64,000 nt of DNA from assembly GCA_043745805.1 (NCBI GenBank), contig JAYTSD010000017.1, forward strand, positions 32,001 through 96,000. Direction: 5' to 3'. A model generated the notes under the pieces. That model was not told the DNA's origin. It saw nothing but the letters and a program-made list of their open reading frames with translations, and ran no database searches. The translations under genes were made by a program, and so were the position numbers. This stretch comes from Fibrobacteria bacterium (GTDB lineage Bacteria; Fibrobacterota; Fibrobacteria; UBA11236). This document shows positions 58,454-64,000 of the stretch, piece by piece; position 1 is the first letter of the stretch; every line of letters begins with the position of its first letter.

Positions 58454-59220
58454 AAAGGGGGATAGCGATAGAAAAATGTGCAATGCAAGCTTTGCGAAAG
58501 TCCTACGGTTTTATTTTGAAAGCTTTCGGTACTTAAAAAACAAGCCTGAATGGGTAATGAATCTTGTGCCGTATAGTTCAATTGTAAGCTGTCTTTTTGT
58601 AAAGTATGTCCATAGATAGGCACATTGCAAGCTGCGGTGGGAAAGCATGTATCCAAAGTACGCTCCCAATTTTTTAATAGCGCGGGTGATTTTTCAAAAA
58701 CCCATAAGCGAATCATTTGACCATTATCGCCTTCTGTACTTAACTCAAAGGTTACCTGCCGATTTTTTTCTTGACTGCGTGGGAGGGGATTATATATTTC
58801 AAATCCTTTTAACACACTAAGCGATTGATATAATAAAGAATCACCCATAATTTTTTGTCCGGTATTTTCCACATAAATGGGTTTAATCGCATACTGAATC
58901 CGATAAGGTGGGGAAGAGTCGGGAAGACTAACTGTCCATGTTCTTGCTGAGGCGGGAATATTAGTAAGAATCCTATTAGGAACGGAGTCAGGATTAAAAG
59001 TGGCATAGGCTTCAAAATAACTCACCTTTTTATCCACACCATAAGTCCAAGTGATTTTTGCACCAATAATTCCTTTTGTCGTGTCCAGTAAATCCAATTG
59101 CAAGGCCGTAACCTGCGCATTCACTAACACTGGTAAAGTTGTTTTGTCGTCGACGCAAAAGAATCCGAGCGACATCCATAAAAGAGCATAAAGGGGGAGT
59201 TGGAATTTTAATTTTTTCAC
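58450..59220 (-). CDS. Putative lipoprotein/exported protein with FN3-like region
   Basis: Likely GTG start giving KKLKF + hydrophobic core + FFC. Its stop overlaps the peptidase ATG (ATGA). Confidence 0.55.
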   Translation of the reverse strand: MKKLKFQLPLYALLWMSLGFFCVDDKTTLPVLVNAQVTALQLDLLDTTKGIIGAKITWTYGVDKKVSYFEAYATFNPDSVPNRILTNIPASARTWTVSLPDSSPPYRIQYAIKPIYVENTGQKIMGDSLLYQSLSVLKGFEIYNPLPRSQEKNRQVTFELSTEGDNGQMIRLWVFEKSPALLKNWERTLDTCFPTAACNVPIYGHTLQKDSLQLNYTAQDSLPIQACFLSTESFQNKTVGLSQSLHCTFFYRYPPL

Positions 59221-59343
59221 TTTCTCGATTATATCAAGAAACGCAAGCGGCATTCCAGCACTCTCTTATTGCAAATCAACATCTTTAAAGTGAATCTTAA
59301 TTTTCCCCACATCATCTTTCCTAAAATTCCTAACTTTACCCGC

Positions 59344-60015
59344 ATGACAACTTCATTTATAGTAGCCCTCGATGGCGTTAGTGGTTCCGGCAAAAGCAGT
59401 ACGGCCCGTGCTGTGGCGGAACAATTGCATATATTCCACTTGGACACTGGGGCCATGTATCGTGCGATAACTTATTTAGCAATGCAAGCGAATTTACCTG
59501 TTGAAGCTACGGAAACCATTGCCAAATTGACTTCCCAAATAAAAATTACCGTTTCCGCTGAAGGGAAATTGCTTTTTGATGGACAGAGTTTCAGCACGGA
59601 AATTCGCAAACCCGAGGTAAGCGCTATGGTTTCCGATTACTGCAAAATCCCCAAAGTACGGGAAATTTTGGTGCATAAACAAAGAGAAATTGGTGCCATG
59701 CAGTCGACGGTGATGGAAGGCCGTGATATTGGCACGGTGGTTTTTCCTAAAGCTCAATTCAAGTTTTTTATGTGGGCCAGCCCTGAGGTGCGGGCTAAAA
59801 GACGGCAACAGGAATTAGCGGAGAAGAATATTTTTCAACCCTACGATGAGGTTTTACATAATTTGGTGGAGCGCGATGAAAAAGATTCTACACGCGATCA
59901 TAGTCCTTTGCTTAAAGCCCCCGATGCCGTAGAAATAGATACTAGCGGCTTAACATTTCCCCAACAAGTTGCTATGATTACCGAGCTTGTTTTAAAAAAC
60001 AAGCCTTCCGCTTAA
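59344..60015 (+). CDS. cmk: Cytidylate kinase
   Basis: IVALDGVSGSGKSS; LDTGAMYRA; VMEGRDIGTVVFP; RDEKDSTRDHSPL; located upstream of rpsA. Confidence 0.95.
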   Translation: MTTSFIVALDGVSGSGKSSTARAVAEQLHIFHLDTGAMYRAITYLAMQANLPVEATETIAKLTSQIKITVSAEGKLLFDGQSFSTEIRKPEVSAMVSDYCKIPKVREILVHKQREIGAMQSTVMEGRDIGTVVFPKAQFKFFMWASPEVRAKRRQQELAEKNIFQPYDEVLHNLVERDEKDSTRDHSPLLKAPDAVEIDTSGLTFPQQVAMITELVLKNKPSA

Positions 60016-60134
60016 GCGTATGAGCCCATCCTAAATGGGGTCATAGGTTTTGATTTTACAGGGGAAGAGATTGGGAAACCGTTTCTTGTTTCAGATGTTT
60101 GGAACTCAACCCGGCGGCCCAGGAGAATAAACGC

Positions 60135-61865
60135 ATGTCAACCAAATTATTATACGGCAGTGCTGAGGATCTTTTAGACTTTGAAGAAGAGTCAAGTTCC
60201 GTTGCAGCTGTTGAAAGCAAAGCTGCTCAATTAGCGCTTTATGACGCAACTCTTAAAGGGTATGCCGAAGGCAGTATCGTTAAAGGTACCATCGTACGTA
60301 TTACGGCGAATGATATTTTTGTCGATATCAACTTCAAATCCGAGGGTGTTATTCCTCGTAATGAATTTAAAGATGAGAGCGAATTAGTTACTGGTAAAGT
60401 TATTGACGTGTTCTTGGAACAAGTTGAAAATGCCGATGGCCAAATCATTTTATCTAAACAACGCGCTGACTTCATGCGCGTATGGGAACGTATTCGCGAA
60501 GCCTATGAACGTGAAGAAATTATCACCGGCACCATTATGCGTCGCATTAAAGGTGGCGTGGTTGTGGACTTGTTTGGTATCGAAGCTTTCTTGCCAGGTT
60601 CGCAAATTGACTTGCGGCAAGTGCCTGATCTCGACGCTTTGATCAATACCAAAATGGATTTCAAAGTTATTAAAGTCAATAAAATGCGCCGTAACATTGT
60701 GGTTTCCCGCCGCGTGGTACTGGAACAAGAACGTTCCAAAATGCGCGATGAAATTATCGACAATTTGGAAAAGGGTCAAATCCGTGAAGGTATTGTCAAA
60801 AACATTACTGATTTCGGTGCCTTTATCGATCTAGGCGGTGTGGACGGCTTATTGCATATCACTGATATGTCTTGGGGTCGCGTCAATCATCCTTCTGAAG
60901 TGGTATCGCTCGGCGACCGCGTCAAAGTGGTGGTTTTGGATTACAATGACAAAAAAGAACGCATTTCATTGGGCATGAAACAATTGACCAAGCATCCATG
61001 GGAAGATGTAGCTGCCAAGTATCCTGAAGCAACTCGCGTTAAAGGTAAAGTTGTTTCGATCACCGATTACGGTGTATTCGTAGAACTTGATCAAGGCGTA
61101 GAAGGTCTTATTCACATTTCTGAAATGTCTTGGACACAACACATTAAACATCCTTCACAAATTGTCACGGTTGGACAAGATGTGGAAGCGATTGTGTTGA
61201 AACTCGATGCAGAAAACGAAAAAATTTCTCTCGGTTTAAAACAAATCACTCCTGATCCATGGCAAAGTATTGATGACGAAATCCCAGTTGGTTCTAAGGT
61301 AACTGGCGAAATACGTAACTTGGCTGCTTTCGGTGCTTTTATCGAAATTAAAGAAGGCGTAGATGGATTAATTCACGTTTCCGATATGTCTTGGACCAAA
61401 AAAATCAATCATCCTTCCGAAGTCTTGAAAAAAGGCGACAAAGTAGAATGTATTGTAATGGCTATCGACAAAGAAAAACGTCGCATTTCTCTTTCCATGA
61501 AACATTTGGAAGAAGACCCATGGGATGCCGTAGCGACTAATTATCCAATGGGTAAAGAAGCTAAGGTGACTATTGCACGTTTGCTTGATCGTGGCGTTAT
61601 CGTAGAAACTACTGACGGCCTCGAAGGTTTTATTCCTACCACTAAGTTAACCTCCGACTCTATCAAGAGCCCAGGCGAAGCTTTCAAAGTAGGCGATGAA
61701 GTTCCTGGCGTAGTAATTGAAATGGATGCTAGCAATCGCAAACTAACCTTTAGCGTAGTTGATTATTTCAAAAATAAAGAAGATGCAGAATGGCGTACTT
61801 ATTTAAATGCGCATAAACCTTCGGCAACTACTATTGGTGATGTAATCCAAATCGAAGGCGAATAG
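60135..61865 (+). CDS. rpsA: 30S ribosomal protein S1
   Basis: Six S1 repeats (AFLPGSQ, FGAFIDLGGVDGLLHITDMSW, EGLIHISEMSW); AGGAG RBS; codon usage typical of a highly expressed gene. Confidence 0.97.
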   Translation: MSTKLLYGSAEDLLDFEEESSSVAAVESKAAQLALYDATLKGYAEGSIVKGTIVRITANDIFVDINFKSEGVIPRNEFKDESELVTGKVIDVFLEQVENADGQIILSKQRADFMRVWERIREAYEREEIITGTIMRRIKGGVVVDLFGIEAFLPGSQIDLRQVPDLDALINTKMDFKVIKVNKMRRNIVVSRRVVLEQERSKMRDEIIDNLEKGQIREGIVKNITDFGAFIDLGGVDGLLHITDMSWGRVNHPSEVVSLGDRVKVVVLDYNDKKERISLGMKQLTKHPWEDVAAKYPEATRVKGKVVSITDYGVFVELDQGVEGLIHISEMSWTQHIKHPSQIVTVGQDVEAIVLKLDAENEKISLGLKQITPDPWQSIDDEIPVGSKVTGEIRNLAAFGAFIEIKEGVDGLIHVSDMSWTKKINHPSEVLKKGDKVECIVMAIDKEKRRISLSMKHLEEDPWDAVATNYPMGKEAKVTIARLLDRGVIVETTDGLEGFIPTTKLTSDSIKSPGEAFKVGDEVPGVVIEMDASNRKLTFSVVDYFKNKEDAEWRTYLNAHKPSATTIGDVIQIEGE

Positions 61866-61890
61866 CCTTTTATTTAACTAAATCTGATTA

Positions 61891-61925
61891 AAATCCCGTA
61901 ACTTCACTGTTGCGGGATTTTTTTT
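61891..61925 (+). terminator. Rho-independent terminator after rpsA
   Basis: Stem AAATCCCGTAAC / GTTGCGGGATTT (one G-U pair) followed by a T run. Confidence 0.8.
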
Positions 61926-61972
61926 GCGTAAAATATTACCTTTGTAGTATAAACTCATCACGAGAACATATT

Positions 61973-62752
61973 ATGTCTGAATTTTCCAAACTCCCAACAC
62001 TTTTTATTTCTCATGGCGCACCGACCTTAGCCATGGAAAATAATGCAACCACCCAGTTTTTGGCGAACTTGGGAAAAAGTTTGCCCAAGCCTGAAGCCAT
62101 CGTTTGCATTTCCGCGCATTGGGAAACCGAAGCAACGGCTGTTACGGCTTGGAAAAGATCGGATTTGATTTATGATTTTTATGGATTTCCGGAAGCGCTT
62201 TATACCATTGAATACCCCGCATTAGGTAGTCCTGCTATTGCAACACGCCTACAAAGTTTACTCCTTAAAAGTGAAAAAAAATGCAGCTTAGAGCTGCGTA
62301 GAGGTTTAGATCATGGGGCATGGATTCCTTTACGCATTATGTTTCCCGATGCGGATATTCCGGTATTGCAACTTTCATTACAAACGCGTTATTCCACCCA
62401 ACATCATTTTGAATTAGGTAAAGCGATTGCGGCTTTGCGTGACGAAGGGGTGTTAATTATGGGTAGCGGAGGAGCTACGCATAATTTAGGAACATTAGAT
62501 TTCTCCTCTGAAGCATCAGCTCCTTGGGCAGTGGAATTTATGCATTGGCTCGATAGCGCCATTGTAAGTCGCGATGAAGAGTCACTTCTCGATTACCGTA
62601 ACCGACAACGCTTTGCTGCGCGCTGCCATCCTCGCGAAGAGCATTTTCTTCCGCTATTTGTAGCCCTAGGCGCATCCGAAGGAAAAGGCCGTATTTTACA
62701 TCAGGAAATGGCCTTTGGCTCTTTAAGCCTTTCGGCCTATGCCTTTGATTAA
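61973..62752 (+). CDS. DODA-type (LigB-like, class III) extradiol ring-cleavage dioxygenase
   Basis: PTLFISHGAP; SAHW; IYDFYGFP; RGLDHGAW; GSGGATHNL; HPREEHFLPL. Confidence 0.92.
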   Translation: MSEFSKLPTLFISHGAPTLAMENNATTQFLANLGKSLPKPEAIVCISAHWETEATAVTAWKRSDLIYDFYGFPEALYTIEYPALGSPAIATRLQSLLLKSEKKCSLELRRGLDHGAWIPLRIMFPDADIPVLQLSLQTRYSTQHHFELGKAIAALRDEGVLIMGSGGATHNLGTLDFSSEASAPWAVEFMHWLDSAIVSRDEESLLDYRNRQRFAARCHPREEHFLPLFVALGASEGKGRILHQEMAFGSLSLSAYAFD

Positions 62753-62907
62753 GAATAAATAAAAACCTGCAAATCCCTTTAATTCAGGGGTTTCAGTGAT
62801 TGAGAGAATTGAGGGCCTTTGCTTTTTTAAGCATTGGCTCTTTTTTTATGTACTAAGATAGAGGTTTACTCTCGACCTCAAGCGACGCCTCCTGCTATGC
62901 TGCTAAG

Positions 62908-63687
62908 ATGAGTTTTACGGCCCGCATCGTTCAATGCATTTTATTCATTTTACTGCTACCCTTAGGGGCGCAAACGATATTCTATTCTAAGACACCCATA
63001 GATTCACAAACTTTAGCTCGAAAAAAGCATGCTTTTCCAGAAATGGATATGCAAGAAAAAATGGCTTTAAACACTCGTTTTGAATTGGGTAATTATTTAG
63101 TTGAAATGCAAAACTATGCACAAGCCGAAATGGAATTCAATAAATTGTTACCCTATTTTCCCGAAGACAGAAAATTGCTTTCCATATTGGGTGCTTGTCA
63201 ATTAATGCTTGAAAAAATGGATTCGGCAGAAATAAATTTATTGCATGCTCTACAATTAGACTCTAACAATACTATGATCCTAAATCTTCTGAGTCGCGTT
63301 TATCTCTCTCAGCACCGTGAGGGTCTGGCGATTCAAATGTTAGAGCAATCCTTAAATTATGAACCGTCACAAATATCCTTGCGATTATTGTTATGTCAGT
63401 TATTAGTGAATAGCAATGATTTTTCCAAGGCAGAGCCACAAGTGAAATTATTGTTTCAAGCGAATGACCATCCCATTAATGCGGAAGCTCATTATTTATG
63501 GGGAAATATTTATACCAAACGGGGCCAACTGCCAGAAGCTCTTTTGCAGTATCAAAAAGCCTATGTGCAACAACCGCATTCCGATATTTTTCTTTTGGCT
63601 CTCGCATCGGCGTATCAACGTGTACATCAGTATAAAGCGGCACTACCGCTTTGGCAAAAAAAAATGGAACTCGAAGCACAGAAATGA
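62908..63687 (+). CDS. Exported TPR protein
   Basis: Signal-like N-terminus; TPR motifs (FELGNYL, ILGACQL, AEAHYLWGNIY). Confidence 0.75.
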   Translation: MSFTARIVQCILFILLLPLGAQTIFYSKTPIDSQTLARKKHAFPEMDMQEKMALNTRFELGNYLVEMQNYAQAEMEFNKLLPYFPEDRKLLSILGACQLMLEKMDSAEINLLHALQLDSNNTMILNLLSRVYLSQHREGLAIQMLEQSLNYEPSQISLRLLLCQLLVNSNDFSKAEPQVKLLFQANDHPINAEAHYLWGNIYTKRGQLPEALLQYQKAYVQQPHSDIFLLALASAYQRVHQYKAALPLWQKKMELEAQK

Positions 63688-63711
63688 ACTTCGAGTTCCA
63701 TTAAAGGGATA

Positions 63712-63999
63712 TTATTCTATATCCTCAGCATCAGTATCCTCAACACCTTCTTCTTCGGTATCTTCACCACCTTCAGGAGCTGTAGTCGCCTCTAAGTCAA
63801 AGAGTCGTTTGAGGGGAATTATTTTCAAACCCTTTTTAGGATCTACTGCATCCGACATTTTATCGGCGGCAAAACCTATTAATAAAGGATGTTCAGGATG
63901 ATTAATTACGGCTTTTACAAAAGGAGAACTGCTGAAACCTGGCATTAAAAAATTGACTACATAAGTATCAAAGTCAACTTCTTCCATCATTTCATGAGC
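63712..63999 (-). CDS. C-terminal part of a protein ending in a receiver-like domain with acidic tail (5' part lies outside the window)
   Basis: Frame is open to the window edge; FDTYVVNFLMPG resembles the receiver beta3 motif; E/D-rich terminus. Confidence 0.5.
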   Translation of the reverse strand, partial: AHEMMEEVDFDTYVVNFLMPGFSSSPFVKAVINHPEHPLLIGFAADKMSDAVDPKKGLKIIPLKRLFDLEATTAPEGGEDTEEEGVEDTDAEDIE

Positions 64000-64000
64000 T

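Noticed and set aside
62771-62793. Hairpin after the dioxygenase gene as a terminator
   Set aside because: Weak stem and no clear U tract; not supportable.
41039-63901. Short ORFs overlapping gcvT, ftsK, the mla genes, lnt, the C25 peptidase, cmk, rpsA and the last TPR gene
   Set aside because: They overlap well-supported genes on other frames or strands and show no recognisable motifs.

Overview
AT-rich bacterial chromosomal region, gene-dense, with no rRNA, tRNA, CRISPR array or mobile element that I can see. It is most consistent with an FCB-group organism, probably Fibrobacterota; this is inferred from the C-terminal sorting domains, the Glt-like TPR cluster and the vWA protein tail. Housekeeping genes are pssA, gcvT, ftsK, an mlaEFD-like MCE operon, lnt, rsmI, cmk, rpsA and a DODA-type dioxygenase. 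The remainder is dominated by cell-envelope and surface genes. The most interesting block is 9.2-41 kb. It holds a minimal MerR/BldC-like regulator, two paralogous putative outer-membrane barrel proteins, two large TPR proteins that together resemble a re-split GltC/GltD(AgmU) pair, and a GltF/CglF-like small protein. These are followed by a 6700-aa surface protein (autotransporter-type passenger repeats, 5x DUF2341-LamG, a beta-helix, a duplicated unnamed module, and a T9SS/FlgD-type C-terminal domain instead of a beta-barrel) and by a secreted vWA protein. A PorU-like C25 peptidase lies about 13 kb downstream. Exported proteins appear strongly enriched in the Bacteroidota-type O-glycosylation sequon D-[ST]-[AILVMT]. 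All family assignments are by-eye motif recognition; no searches were run.
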